NCBI GenBank assembly: GCA_036001425.1
Contig: DASYUI010000002.1
Coordinates: 2,257-66,256 of the forward strand
Reading direction: 5' to 3'
From: Actinomycetota bacterium
GTDB lineage: Bacteria; Actinomycetota; UBA4738; CALAEC01
Length of the DNA: 64,000 bases
The position numbers and the translations under genes are program-made. Within the stretch, counting starts at the first letter, position 1, and the number at the start of each line of letters is the position of its first letter. The notes beneath the pieces were generated by a model. It made no database searches. It saw only the letters and a list, made by a program, of their open reading frames with translations, and was not told where the DNA came from. Below, in pieces: positions 54,754-64,000 of the stretch.

Positions 54754-55394
54754 TCCTGCGGCGAGATGCGTTGATGGGCATCGTGGCCGCCCTGGCGGTC
54801 TTGACGGCGAGCTGGGCCACCGGCGCGACCTTGGCGGCCTTCTCCGACACCACGAACAACCCCGGGAACAGCTTCTCCGCGGCCGCGTCGTTCTGCTCGA
54901 ACCCAGGGACTCAGACCCTGATCGCCGACGCGGACGCCTACGTCGACGAGAACGCGGCCCTGAGCAACTACGGCGCTTCCTCGTCGCTCCACGTCCAGTC
55001 CCGAGCAGGTGGGCGCAACCGCAGGACCCTGGTCCACTTCCCCGCCCCCGCCGGACTGTTCTGCACGGTTACCTCCGCCACCCTCCGCCTGTGGGCTACC
55101 AGCGCCGACGGAGGGCGGACCCTCCAGGTCTACGAGCTGGCTACGGTCTGGACCGAGGGCACCGTGACGTGGGCCACACAGCCCCTCGCCATCGGGACGC
55201 CGTCGACCGTGATCTCCGCCGCGGGGTGGGTCCAGTTCGACGTCACCGCCCAGGCACAGAGCCTGTTCGGCAGCCTGAACACGGGCCTGCTCGTGAAGGA
55301 CAGCATGGAGGATCAGAATCCTCCCCGAACTCAGCAGTTTTCCAGCAGGGAAGCGGGAGCTTACCCACCCGAGCTGACCATCACACAGGCCTGA
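54750..55394 (+). CDS. SipW-type-signal protein with DNRLRE-like domain
   Basis: ASWATGATLAAFSDTTNNPGNSFSAA is a SipW-cognate signal. The body (ADAYVDENAALSNYG...TLVHF...ATLRLWA...VYELATVWTEGTVTWATQP) matches the DNRLRE domain pattern. GTGA overlap with the upstream gene. Confidence 0.6.
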   Translation: MILRRDALMGIVAALAVLTASWATGATLAAFSDTTNNPGNSFSAAASFCSNPGTQTLIADADAYVDENAALSNYGASSSLHVQSRAGGRNRRTLVHFPAPAGLFCTVTSATLRLWATSADGGRTLQVYELATVWTEGTVTWATQPLAIGTPSTVISAAGWVQFDVTAQAQSLFGSLNTGLLVKDSMEDQNPPRTQQFSSREAGAYPPELTITQA

Positions 55395-55417
55395 GGCGAG
55401 CCGGTAGGCTCTCCGGC

Positions 55418-56206
55418 GTGGCTGAGGCAGCAGCCATCGGAGGCGTCCTCCTCGACCTCGACGGGGCACTCGTCGTGTCCTGGCAGCCCCTTCGGGGAGC
55501 GGTGGAAGCCCTCCTCGCGCTCCGGGATCGGCAGATCCCGTTCGCCCTGGTGACCAACACGACGACGCTGAGTCGGCGAAGCCTCGCCCAGCGGCTCGGT
55601 GAGGCCGGGATCGAGGTGGAGCCGGGTCGGGTCGTCACCGCCGCGACCGCCACCGCGGCGTACCTGCGGAGCCATCATCCGGGAGCCAAGTGCTTCCTCC
55701 TGGCCACGGGCGACGTGGCCGAGGATCTCGATGGGATCGACCTGGTCGAGGAGGCGGCCGACGTCGTCGTGGTGGCGGGCGCCGAGGACGCCATGACGTA
55801 CGACGCCATGAACCGGGCCTTCCGGATGCTTCGAGAGGGCGCTGCGCTGGTGGCCATGCACCGCAACGTGTGGTGGATGACCTCAGAGGGCCCGAAGCTC
55901 GACGCGGGGCCGTACGTGACGGCCCTGGAGGAAGCGGCCGGGGTCCGTGCGGTCGTGGTGGGGAAGCCATCGACCGAGATCTTCCGCGAGTCGGTGGCCC
56001 TCCTCGGAGTCGAGCCCGAGCGGGCGGTGATGGTGGGGGACGATCTGGAGGCCGACGTGCTTCCCGCGCAGGCGATCGGGCTGACCGGGGTCCTGGTCCG
56101 GACGGGAAAGTTCCGGCAGGAGACGTTGCAGGCGGCTCGGCGCCGGCCCGACCACGTCATCGACTCGGTGGCCGACCTGCCGGAGCTGCTGGACCGGCTG
56201 GGCTAG
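55418..56206 (+). CDS. HAD-IIA family hydrolase (NagD-like)
   Basis: VLLDLDGAL, VTNTTT, GKP and MVGDDLEADV are the four HAD motifs. GTG start at 55418. Confidence 0.8.
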   Translation: MAEAAAIGGVLLDLDGALVVSWQPLRGAVEALLALRDRQIPFALVTNTTTLSRRSLAQRLGEAGIEVEPGRVVTAATATAAYLRSHHPGAKCFLLATGDVAEDLDGIDLVEEAADVVVVAGAEDAMTYDAMNRAFRMLREGAALVAMHRNVWWMTSEGPKLDAGPYVTALEEAAGVRAVVVGKPSTEIFRESVALLGVEPERAVMVGDDLEADVLPAQAIGLTGVLVRTGKFRQETLQAARRRPDHVIDSVADLPELLDRLG

Positions 56207-56212
56207 CGGTCG

Positions 56213-56542
56213 CTATCCGGCCGCTTCCCAGGCCGCGACCTTGGGGTGGTCCTTGTCGACCGGGCCCACCTGGGCAGCCCCGCCGGGGGACACGTAGCCG
56301 GCGATCTCCTCGGTGAAGAACTCCGCGTTGATCGCGGTGAACTCCTTCCATTCCGACGGGACGTCGTCCTCGGCGAAGATGGCGGTCACCGGGCACACCG
56401 GCTCGCAGGCCGCGCAGTCCACACACTCGTCGGGCTGGATGTACAGCATCCGGCCGCCCTCGTAGATGCAGTCCACCGGGCACTCGTCGACGCAGGCCAG
56501 GTCCTTCACGTCGATGCAGGGTTCCGCGATCACGTACGTCAT
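56213..56542 (-). CDS. fdxA: 7Fe ferredoxin FdxA
   Basis: MTYVIAEPCIDVKDLACVDECPVDCIYEG...DECVDCAACEPVCPVTAIF carries the 3Fe-4S plus 4Fe-4S cluster motifs. Confidence 0.9.
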   Translation of the reverse strand: MTYVIAEPCIDVKDLACVDECPVDCIYEGGRMLYIQPDECVDCAACEPVCPVTAIFAEDDVPSEWKEFTAINAEFFTEEIAGYVSPGGAAQVGPVDKDHPKVAAWEAAG

Positions 56543-56649
56543 CTCGGGCTCCCCCTTTTCCCTGTTTCCACCGTGCTGACCTTGTGAATGACAGTCTACC
56601 CCGGACGGGGCCGCCATGAAGCAAGTCCCCGCTCCGGTAGGGTGGCCCC

Positions 56650-57243
56650 GTGAGATCGGGGCCCGGCACGCTGGAGATCCATCCCGTCACCCCGGAGCGC
56701 TGGGAAGACCTCGTCGAGCTCTTCGGCGATCGGGGGGCGTACGCCAACTGCTGGTGCATGTGGTGGCGGGTGAGCGGCGTCGATTTCGATCGGGGGATCC
56801 GGAACCGAGGAACGGGCAATCGTCGTGCCATCAGGAGCCTCGTGGCGGAGGCCCGTGTCCCCGGGCTCCTGGCGTATCGGGACGGCCGGCCGGTGGGCTG
56901 GGTCTCCCTCGCTCCCCGGGAGGAGTTCGGGCGCCTCCAGCGGTCCCCTACCCTGAAACCGGTGGACGAGCGGCCCGTATGGTCGATCGTGTGCTTCTTC
57001 ATGGATCGGGCAGAGCGCGGGAAAAAGGTTGGCACGGCACTGCTCGACGCCGCGGTCCGGTACGCGTCCGAGCGCGGCGCGACCCTCGTTGAGGGGTACC
57101 CGGTCGATCCGACCGCCCGCGCGATCAGCAACGCGGACGCCTACACAGGCGTCGTGTCGATGTTCCTACGGGCGGGGTTCCAAGAGGTCGCCCGGCGGGG
57201 GAGCCGGCCGATCATGCGGAGGAGGCTGCGGCCGCGCCGCTGA
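56650..57243 (+). CDS. GNAT family N-acetyltransferase
   Basis: PVGWVSLAP...VCFFMDRAERGKKVGTALLDAAVRYASERGATLVEGYP is the acetyl-CoA binding core. Confidence 0.75.
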   Translation: MRSGPGTLEIHPVTPERWEDLVELFGDRGAYANCWCMWWRVSGVDFDRGIRNRGTGNRRAIRSLVAEARVPGLLAYRDGRPVGWVSLAPREEFGRLQRSPTLKPVDERPVWSIVCFFMDRAERGKKVGTALLDAAVRYASERGATLVEGYPVDPTARAISNADAYTGVVSMFLRAGFQEVARRGSRPIMRRRLRPRR

Positions 57244-57244
57244 T

Positions 57245-58234
57245 TCAGTGCTCCACCTCATCCCCATCCCCCGCAGGGGTCGGTGCCGCGGCCAGCACGG
57301 TACCCATGATCGAGGACAGGGGCTCCAGCACCGGGACCGGGTACACGACAACGAGATCGGCGCCCGCCTCGCGCCACGCCGCGAGCCGCGACAGACCGTC
57401 GTTCCGAGCCCCCCAGACGCACAGGGCCCGCGCCAGCGCCTCCCCACCGCGCGGGTCCCCGCCCGCGGCTGCCCGTGCTTGGTCCCCGAGCCCCATCATG
57501 TCGAGCTGCCGCGCATAGTTCGGGAGCGTCGCGTACTCGGCAGCCGCCGGTGCCAGTGCGTCCAGGGCGTGGCTCTCCTCGGGACCCAGGCTGGCTCGAA
57601 CGTAGACGGCCACGGTGAGCTCGGCAGGGTCCCTGCCGGAGCGCTCGGCGCCCCGCTTCAGCTCGTCCCGTGCCTTCGCCACCCGCTCGGGCGTGCACCA
57701 GTTCAGGAGGACCCCGTCGCCGACCTCGCCCGCCAGCTCGACCATCCGCGGACCCAGGGCGGCCAGCCATATGGGCGGGGGAGCCGTCCCGGACTCGAAG
57801 CCCAGCCGGAACCGCTCCACGGCGAAGGGACCGCCCGAGCTGACGACCTCTCCGCGAAGGGCAGCCCGCACCTGGCGAACGAACTCCCGAACGAGGTCCA
57901 GGGCTCCCGACCTCGCGCGTCCGGACCCGAGCCCCAGGACGAACCGTCCTCCGCTGGCCTCGTGCACGGTGGCCGCTCCCATGGCCGCCAGCGTGGGAGG
58001 GCGCGACGTGACGGGCAGCACGCCCGGGCCCAAGCGGATCCGGGCGGTCGCCGCGGCGAACCCCGCCAGTGTGGCGAAGGCCTCGCGGCCCTGGGTCTCG
58101 GGGACCAGCGCGATCTCGTAGCCGACCTCCTCGGCCGTCTCCACGACCTGCAAGAGGTCGTGCCATGGGAGGGCCTCGCGCAACGCCACCCCCGTCCGGC
58201 CGGATGCCGGCTCGCCTGGCTTCTCGCGCTCCAT
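57245..58234 (-). CDS. LLM-class F420-dependent oxidoreductase
   Basis: Starts at the ATG at 58234 (MEREKPG). GYEIALVPETQGREAF, IRLGPGVLPVTSRPP and SGGRFVLGLGSG are present. Confidence 0.8.
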   Translation of the reverse strand: MEREKPGEPASGRTGVALREALPWHDLLQVVETAEEVGYEIALVPETQGREAFATLAGFAAATARIRLGPGVLPVTSRPPTLAAMGAATVHEASGGRFVLGLGSGRARSGALDLVREFVRQVRAALRGEVVSSGGPFAVERFRLGFESGTAPPPIWLAALGPRMVELAGEVGDGVLLNWCTPERVAKARDELKRGAERSGRDPAELTVAVYVRASLGPEESHALDALAPAAAEYATLPNYARQLDMMGLGDQARAAAGGDPRGGEALARALCVWGARNDGLSRLAAWREAGADLVVVYPVPVLEPLSSIMGTVLAAAPTPAGDGDEVEH

Positions 58235-58280
58235 CCCCCTCCTCTTCCTCCCCCTGTCATGTTGAATCTTCCCCGCGTCC

Positions 58281-58955
58281 ATGACCACGATCAGGTTCCG
58301 CACTCCCGACGGCGTGCTCTTGGAGGGAGACCTCCGGGAGGCCGACGGCCCGGCCAGGGGCACTGCGGTCATCTGCCACGCCCACCCTTCGTTCGGAGGG
58401 AGCAAGGACCATCCCGTCCTGTGGGCGATCCGGAACGACCTGGCCGCACGGCGCGGGCTTCACGTCCTGGCTTTCAACTTCCGAGGCACGATGGGCTCGG
58501 AGGGATCACACGGCGGCGGCATCCTGGAGCTCGCCGACGTCGACGCGGCCGTCACCCGAATCCGTGAGGAGGCGGAGGGACCCACCGTTGTGGCCGGATG
58601 GTCGTTTGGGGCGAGCGTGGCGCTCCGGCACGCCGTTAACGACGCCCGGGTCGCCGCCCTCGCCCTGGTGGCCCTGCCGGTCGGGCCCGGCGCGGTGACC
58701 GACCTCCCTCCTCCGCCGCCGGAGGACCTCGAGCGACTGACCGCCCCGGTGCTCTTCGTGGTCGGTTCGTTGGACCGGCTCACGTCCGTAAACGACCTCC
58801 AGGCCCTCGTCGACCGGACCCCTCGCGCCGAGCTGCTGATCCTTCCGGGAACCGGCCACTACTTCGAGCGACGAGAAGCCGAGCTGGCCGCGGCCGTCGG
58901 AGAGTTCCTGGAGCCGGTGCTGCGGAGGGAGGGCGGCGGCCCTCGGCGTCAGTAA
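58281..58955 (+). CDS. Alpha/beta hydrolase
   Basis: VICHAHPSFGGS and the nucleophile elbow AGWSFGA are present. LPGTGHYF lies near the C-terminus. Confidence 0.75.
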   Translation: MTTIRFRTPDGVLLEGDLREADGPARGTAVICHAHPSFGGSKDHPVLWAIRNDLAARRGLHVLAFNFRGTMGSEGSHGGGILELADVDAAVTRIREEAEGPTVVAGWSFGASVALRHAVNDARVAALALVALPVGPGAVTDLPPPPPEDLERLTAPVLFVVGSLDRLTSVNDLQALVDRTPRAELLILPGTGHYFERREAELAAAVGEFLEPVLRREGGGPRRQ

Positions 58956-59164
58956 CGAGGGCGCCGGCTGGGGTGCCGTTCCCCGTACCACTCACGACGG
59001 AACCTCCGGACGCGATAGCGGATCATGAGGTACCCGGCCACCGCGAGGAGCGCAACGAACAGGAACAGGCCCAGGGCCACGCCGGCGGCGATCTCCAAGA
59101 CCTGCCACAGGACACCGGCCGCAGCCGCCGCGATCAGCAGGATGATGAGAAGCAGGAGCACCAT
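58949..59164 (-). CDS. Small two-helix membrane protein
   Basis: 71 aa (MVLLLLIILLIAAAAAGVLWQVLEIAAGVALGLFLFVALLAVAGYLMIRYRVRRFRREWYG...). The ATG at 59164 follows GGGGGAG. It forms the tail of a longer spurious ORF. Confidence 0.45.
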   Translation of the reverse strand: MVLLLLIILLIAAAAAGVLWQVLEIAAGVALGLFLFVALLAVAGYLMIRYRVRRFRREWYGERHPSRRPRY

Positions 59165-59245
59165 CCGATTCTCCCCCGGCCGGGAGGATGCTGCACCTCC
59201 GAACGGAGCGTTTCCGTCCCCCCGGCGAAGAGCACAATCGAAGAC

Positions 59246-60013
59246 GTGAGGGTCCTCGTGGGCACGAGCGGGTGGCAGTACCGCGACTGGCGCGGACGGT
59301 TCTACCCGGAGGACCTGACTCAGCGGAAATGGCTCCCCTATTTCTCCGAACGGTTCCCCACGGTCGAGGTGAACAACACGTTCTACAACCTGCCCAAGGA
59401 GGAGACGTTTGTGGCGTGGCGTGAAGGATCCGCCGCCGGATTCCTCATCGGCGTCAAGGCCAGCCGGTACATCACCCACATCAAGCGCCTCCGGGAGCCC
59501 CGCGACCCGGTGGAGCTGCTCTGGTCGCGGTGCCGGCTGCTGGGGCGGAAGCTGGGTCCCGTGCTTTTCCAGCTCCCACCGAACTTCGCTGCCGACCTCG
59601 AGCGGCTGGAGGCCCTTCTCGGCGTCCTGCCCGAGCGGATGCGAGCCGCCTTCGAGTTCCGTCACCCGTCGTGGGAGGACGAGAAGGTCCACCACCTCCT
59701 GGACGGGGCGGGATGCGCCCTGGTCCTGGCCGACCGCCCGGACGCGCGCGTCCCCGCCACGGTCACCGGTGGCTGGTCCTACGTGCGGTTCCACCAGGGA
59801 AGCCGGACGGGGCCGGACTACCCGCGGGACAAGCTTCGCCGGTGGGCCGGGAAGATCGCCGGCCTGGACGCTGACGATGTGTATCTCTACTTCAACAACG
59901 ACGCCGGCGGGGCGGCCATCCGCGATGCCCGGACACTCACCGAGCTCCTGGCCGACCGCGGCGTCGACGTTCGCGGACCGCGACCGGACGAGGGCGGGCA
60001 GGACGCCGGATGA
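59246..60013 (+). CDS. DUF72 family protein
   Basis: VLVGTSGWQYRDWRGRFYPEDL...FPTVEVNNTFY...VLFQLPPNF...FEFRHPSW is the canonical DUF72 pattern. GTG start at 59246. Confidence 0.85.
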   Translation: MRVLVGTSGWQYRDWRGRFYPEDLTQRKWLPYFSERFPTVEVNNTFYNLPKEETFVAWREGSAAGFLIGVKASRYITHIKRLREPRDPVELLWSRCRLLGRKLGPVLFQLPPNFAADLERLEALLGVLPERMRAAFEFRHPSWEDEKVHHLLDGAGCALVLADRPDARVPATVTGGWSYVRFHQGSRTGPDYPRDKLRRWAGKIAGLDADDVYLYFNNDAGGAAIRDARTLTELLADRGVDVRGPRPDEGGQDAG

Positions 60014-60978
60014 GAGCGTTCGTCACCGGCGCGACGGGGTTCATCGGCGGACACCTGGTCCGGAAGCTCCGGGCGCGCGGCGACGACGTCGTCGCTCTGG
60101 TGCGCTCGCCCCTCCGAGCCGCGACGCTCGGAGCGATGGGGGTGGAGCTCGCGGAGGGCAGCCTGACCGAGGCGAGCGCGGTCAGGCGCGCCGCGGACGG
60201 ATGCGACGCGGCCTTCCACGTGGCCGGTGTCTATCGGGTGGGGATCCGTCAGAGAGACCGCCTGCCGATGTTCGAGGCCAACGTGCGGGGGACCGAGGTG
60301 GCCCTCGATGCCGCTGTCGACGGAGGCGTTCCACGGATCGTGTACGTCTCCACCTGCAACGTGTTCGGCAACACGCGCGGTCGAATCGTAGACGAGAGCT
60401 ACGAGCGGCCGTCGGCGGAAGGGTTCCTCTCCTACTACGACGAGACGAAATACCTCGCCCATCGCGCCGCGGTCGATCGGGTCCGGCGTGGCGCTCCGAT
60501 CGTGATCGTCGAACCGGGCGGGGTCTACGGGCCGGAGGACCATTCGGAGATCGGGTGGATGATCGAGCAGCTGCGCGCGGGGCGCTTGTGGTTCCGCTTG
60601 TTCCCCGATCTTGGGATGAACTTCGTATACGTGGACGACGTCGCCGAGGGCATCGTCTTGGCGAATGATCGAGGGGCCCTCGGGGATTCGTACGTCCTTG
60701 GCGGGGAGATCGCCAGGATGGGCGACCTCCTCGATCGAGCGGCGGCCATCATCGGGCGCCGGCCGCCGCGACTGGTTATTCCCCCCGCCCTGATCAGGAT
60801 GAGCGCCCCCCTCGGACCGCTGGCCGCACGGCTCATCGGCACGCCGCCCAACATCGCGGAGGCCGCGCGAGCCGCCCACGGAGTGACGTACTGGGCCACC
60901 GACGCGAAGGCCCGGCGGGAGCTCGCGTATGCACCGCGCTCCCTGGACGTCGGCCTTCGGCAGACCCTCTCCGGGTAA
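60010..60978 (+). CDS. NAD-dependent epimerase/dehydratase (extended SDR)
   Basis: MRAFVTGATGFIGGHLV is a Rossmann TGxxGxxG motif, and YDETK is a YxxxK motif. ATGA overlap with the DUF72 gene. Confidence 0.85.
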   Translation: MRAFVTGATGFIGGHLVRKLRARGDDVVALVRSPLRAATLGAMGVELAEGSLTEASAVRRAADGCDAAFHVAGVYRVGIRQRDRLPMFEANVRGTEVALDAAVDGGVPRIVYVSTCNVFGNTRGRIVDESYERPSAEGFLSYYDETKYLAHRAAVDRVRRGAPIVIVEPGGVYGPEDHSEIGWMIEQLRAGRLWFRLFPDLGMNFVYVDDVAEGIVLANDRGALGDSYVLGGEIARMGDLLDRAAAIIGRRPPRLVIPPALIRMSAPLGPLAARLIGTPPNIAEAARAAHGVTYWATDAKARRELAYAPRSLDVGLRQTLSG

Positions 60979-61164
60979 GGGAGAACCTCAGCCGGCGCCC
61001 TGGGCGATGTGACCGCTCGCCTGCGTGGCCCCGTCGGCCCGGTCGCCGGGAAGGAACGCGCGAAAGGAGGCGCCGCCGCCCGCACGGCGCGCCGGAGACG
61101 CGGTTGAGCATCGGGGATCCGGGCCGCCACGCAAACCTCGGATCTGACAGCGGGCCGGCACCGA

Positions 61165-62616
61165 CTACAGCGGGATGTGCGAGACGACCATGATCCGGGG
61201 CTCGGTCATCTCCTCCATGGCGTACCGGAGCCCCTCTCGACCGTAACCGGAGTCCTTGGTCCCGCCGTAGGGCATCTGATCGGCCCGGAACGCGGAGACG
61301 TCGTTCAGGATCAGGCCCCCGACCCGGATCTCGCGATGGGCCAGGAAGGCCCGCTCGACGTCCCGGGTGAAGATGCCGGCCTGCAGCCCGTACGGGGTCG
61401 CATTGACCTCCTCGAGGGCTTCGTCGAACGTCTCGTACCGGCTGACGGTGGTCACCGGCCCGAAGATCTCCTCCTTGCACACCTTCATGTTCCGCCGCAC
61501 GTTCGCCAGCACCGTCGGTGTGAAGAAGGGATCCTTCCGCTCCCCACCCACGAGCACCTCGGCCCCCTGGGAGACGGCCTCGTCCACCCACTCGGCGATC
61601 CGCTCGAGGGACCCCTGGTCGATCACGGGGCCCACGTCGGTGTCGGGATCCATCGGGTCGCCGACCTTCAGCGACTCGACCTGTTTCACGAGCCGGGTGA
61701 TGAAGTCCTCGTACACGGGGGCGTGGACGAGGATCCGCTGGACGGCGATGCACGACTGTCCGGCCTGGTAGTAGCCGCCGTAGGCGATCCGCGCAGCGGC
61801 GTGGTCGAGATCCGCGTCTGAGTGGACGATCACCCCGGCGTTCCCGCCGAGCTCCAGCGTCACGTGCTTCCGGGGGTCTAGGGACTTGAGCTTCCATCCT
61901 ACCGGGCTCGATCCCGTGAACGAGATCTTCTTGAACCGGGGATCCGTGGCCAGGCGCTCGGCCCTGGAGCTGGCGACCGGCAGGACCGAGAGCATCCCCT
62001 TCGGCAGTGCCGTCTCGGAGAAGAGCTCCCCCAGGACGAGCGCGCCGATGGGTGTGGCCGTGGCCGGCTTGAGGACGATGGGGGCCCCAACCCCGAGGGC
62101 CGGAGCCATCTTGTGTGCAACCAGGTTCACCGGGAAGTTGAATGGCGATATCCCCAGCACCGGCCCGTACGGGAATCGACGGACCAGCCCCAGCCGGCTC
62201 CCCAGGGCGGGGTCGGTGTCCAGCCTGATGAGCTCCCCCTGCGACGAACGCACGAGCTCCGAGGCCCATCGAAAGGTGGAGACAGCCCGGTTGGCTTCCA
62301 CCGTGGCCCACTTGAGAGGCTTGCCACCTTCCCGAGCGATGTGCCGGGCAATCTCGTCGGCGCGCGCTTTGATGCGCGTCGAGATGTGGAGCAGCGCCTC
62401 CGCCCTGGCATGGACCGGGAGGACGCGCGACTCCTTCTCGAACGTCTTGTCGGCCGCGTCGACCGCCTCTTCGACGTCCGCATCCGTCGGTATGCCGACC
62501 TCCGCGACCACCGAGCCGTCGTAGGGACTCTTCACCTCGAACCGCTCGTCGCCGGTGCGCCACTCCCCGGCTACCAGGAAGGGTCTCGCCTCAGGCACCG
62601 CGGCCACCTCAGTCAT
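61165..62616 (-). CDS. Aldehyde dehydrogenase family protein
   Basis: 483 aa. FTGSSPVG, LELGGNAG, GQSCIAVQR (catalytic Cys) and EEIFGPV are present. Confidence 0.9.
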   Translation of the reverse strand: MTEVAAVPEARPFLVAGEWRTGDERFEVKSPYDGSVVAEVGIPTDADVEEAVDAADKTFEKESRVLPVHARAEALLHISTRIKARADEIARHIAREGGKPLKWATVEANRAVSTFRWASELVRSSQGELIRLDTDPALGSRLGLVRRFPYGPVLGISPFNFPVNLVAHKMAPALGVGAPIVLKPATATPIGALVLGELFSETALPKGMLSVLPVASSRAERLATDPRFKKISFTGSSPVGWKLKSLDPRKHVTLELGGNAGVIVHSDADLDHAAARIAYGGYYQAGQSCIAVQRILVHAPVYEDFITRLVKQVESLKVGDPMDPDTDVGPVIDQGSLERIAEWVDEAVSQGAEVLVGGERKDPFFTPTVLANVRRNMKVCKEEIFGPVTTVSRYETFDEALEEVNATPYGLQAGIFTRDVERAFLAHREIRVGGLILNDVSAFRADQMPYGGTKDSGYGREGLRYAMEEMTEPRIMVVSHIPL

Positions 62617-62622
62617 TCCCCC

Positions 62623-64000
62623 TCAATCGATCGCCGCCATCACGTGCTTCAGCTCGGTGTAGTGCTCGAGAGAGTAGATGCTCATGTCCTTGCCGTACCC
62701 GCTCTGCTTGTAGCCTCCATGTGGCATCTCCGGCGTGAGGGGGATGTGGGTGTTGATCCACACCGTTCCGAACCGGAGCTTCCGGGAGGCGTTCAGGGCC
62801 CGCCCGATGTCGCGGGTCCACACCGAGGCGGCGAGCCCGTAGTCCACGTCGTTGGCCCAGGCGATGGCCTGGTCGTCGTTCTCGAACCGCTGGACCGTGA
62901 CCACCGGGCCGAACACCTCGCTCTTCACGATCTCGAAGTCCTGCCCCACGTCCGCGATTACGGTCGGGCGGTAGAAGAACCCCCTGTCCCCGATCCGCTC
63001 CCCCCCGGTGAGGACCTTGGCGCCCTCCTCCCGGGCCCGCTCGACGAACCCCGTCACCCGATCGAGCTGTTGCTCCGCCACCACGGGCCCCATCTCGGTG
63101 TCGTCGCTCGAGGGATCCCCGACCTTGAGCGATTCCACCGCCGGCACGAGCTCAGACAGAAGGTTGTCGTAGATGGCCGGCCCGGCCAGGACCCGGCACG
63201 CCGCGGTGCAGTCCTGCCCGGAGTTGAAGTACCCCGCGATCTTGATCCACTCCACCGAGGACTGGAGATTGGCGTCGTCGAACACCACCACGGGTGCCTT
63301 GCCGCCCAGCTCCAGGTGCACGCGCTTGAGGGAGTCCGCCGCGGCCCGGGCCACCTCCTTCCCCGTGGTGACCTCACCGGTCAGCGAAACCATGGCCACA
63401 CCGGGATGCTTCACGATGGCCTGGCCGGTGGGGATCCCGTCCCCGGTCACCACGTTGAAGACACCGGGCGGGAAGATGTCGGCGGCGAGCTCCGCCGCGC
63501 GAAGGAGCGAGAGAGGCGTCCACTCCGACGGCTTGACCACGACGGCGTTCCCCGCGGCCAGCGCCGGACCGAACTTCCAGATGGCCATCCACAGGGGGTA
63601 GTTCCACGGAGCGATGAGGCCGACCACGCCGATCGGCTCGCGCCGGAGCATGCTCGTGTAGAGCGTGCCGTCGGACTTGAAGTACTCCCCGACTGGGAGG
63701 CCGGTCATGGTCCGGGCTGCGCCGGCAAAGAACCGCAGGTGGTCCACCATGACCGGCATCTCGTCGGTCATCACCGAGGAGAACGGCTTCCCGACGTTCT
63801 GGGACTCGATCCGTCCGATCGCCTCGGCGTTCTGCTCGATGGCGTCGGCCCACTTGAGGAGCATTCCCGCCCGCTCACCGGGCGTGGTATCGAACCACAC
63901 CTCGTCGAAGGCTTTCTGCGCGGCCCTCACCGCCCGGTCCACGTCCTCCTCAGAGCCCCTGGGGGTCTCGGCGATGGTCTCCCCCGTGGCGGGATTGACC
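62623..64000 (-). CDS. Aldehyde dehydrogenase family protein (N-terminus beyond right edge)
   Basis: [26 protein letters not shown] and SEVFGPV are present. The frame stays open upstream of the listed start (..[23 protein letters not shown]) to the window edge. Confidence 0.9.
   Translation of the reverse strand, partial: VNPATGETIAETPRGSEEDVDRAVRAAQKAFDEVWFDTTPGERAGMLLKWADAIEQNAEAIGRIESQNVGKPFSSVMTDEMPVMVDHLRFFAGAARTMTGLPVGEYFKSDGTLYTSMLRREPIGVVGLIAPWNYPLWMAIWKFGPALAAGNAVVVKPSEWTPLSLLRAAELAADIFPPGVFNVVTGDGIPTGQAIVKHPGVAMVSLTGEVTTGKEVARAAADSLKRVHLELGGKAPVVVFDDANLQSSVEWIKIAGYFNSGQDCTAACRVLAGPAIYDNLLSELVPAVESLKVGDPSSDDTEMGPVVAEQQLDRVTGFVERAREEGAKVLTGGERIGDRGFFYRPTVIADVGQDFEIVKSEVFGPVVTVQRFENDDQAIAWANDVDYGLAASVWTRDIGRALNASRKLRFGTVWINTHIPLTPEMPHGGYKQSGYGKDMSIYSLEHYTELKHVMAAID

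Overview
High-GC chromosomal segment that looks actinobacterial. Supporting gene content: a Tad pilus locus of the 'helicase/secretion neighbourhood' type, F420-type LLM and DDN enzymes, a SigK/RskA-like pair, a BldC-like HTH protein and UdgX. All calls rest on reading the supplied translations and DNA by eye; no searches were run.

About 80 genes are packed tightly, and many start/stop codons overlap (ATGA, GTGA, TTGA). Left to right:
- htrA fragment and two LLM oxidoreductases.
- Seven-gene Tad/Flp pilus operon (3.4-8.7 kb).
- HAD hydrolase and BldC-like gene.
- tRNA-Sec(UCA) gene (11.5 kb), followed by about 5 kb of decayed island material bounded by a 62-bp repeat of the tRNA 3' half.
- A visibly more AT-rich stretch with VOC, DDN and cspA genes.
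- ECF sigma/anti-sigma pair, 5'-3' exonuclease, msrB, adenosine deaminase, several VOC genes, proline racemase-family gene.
- sigK-rskA followed by DUF4331-TPR-NicO.
- lutABC.
- A minus-strand cluster: lysine/arginine repeat protein, rhodanese-CBS gene interrupted by an in-frame TGA, and an unlisted Cys-rich small ORF.
- REC-GGDEF regulator, ParB-like protein, phosphoesterase, DivIVA-like protein, rpsD.
- Secreted beta-propeller and BNR proteins, LigC-type ligase, UdgX.
- A SipW/TasA-like secretion-fibre locus.
- fdxA, housekeeping enzymes and two aldehyde dehydrogenases.

Most notable findings:
1. The in-frame UGA lies in the rhodanese active-site loop, has a SECIS-like hairpin just downstream, and shares the window with selC. 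This is a candidate selenoprotein.
2. The selC locus carries nested att-like relics of repeated integrations.

No CRISPR array, rRNA gene, intact transposase or intact integrase was recognised.
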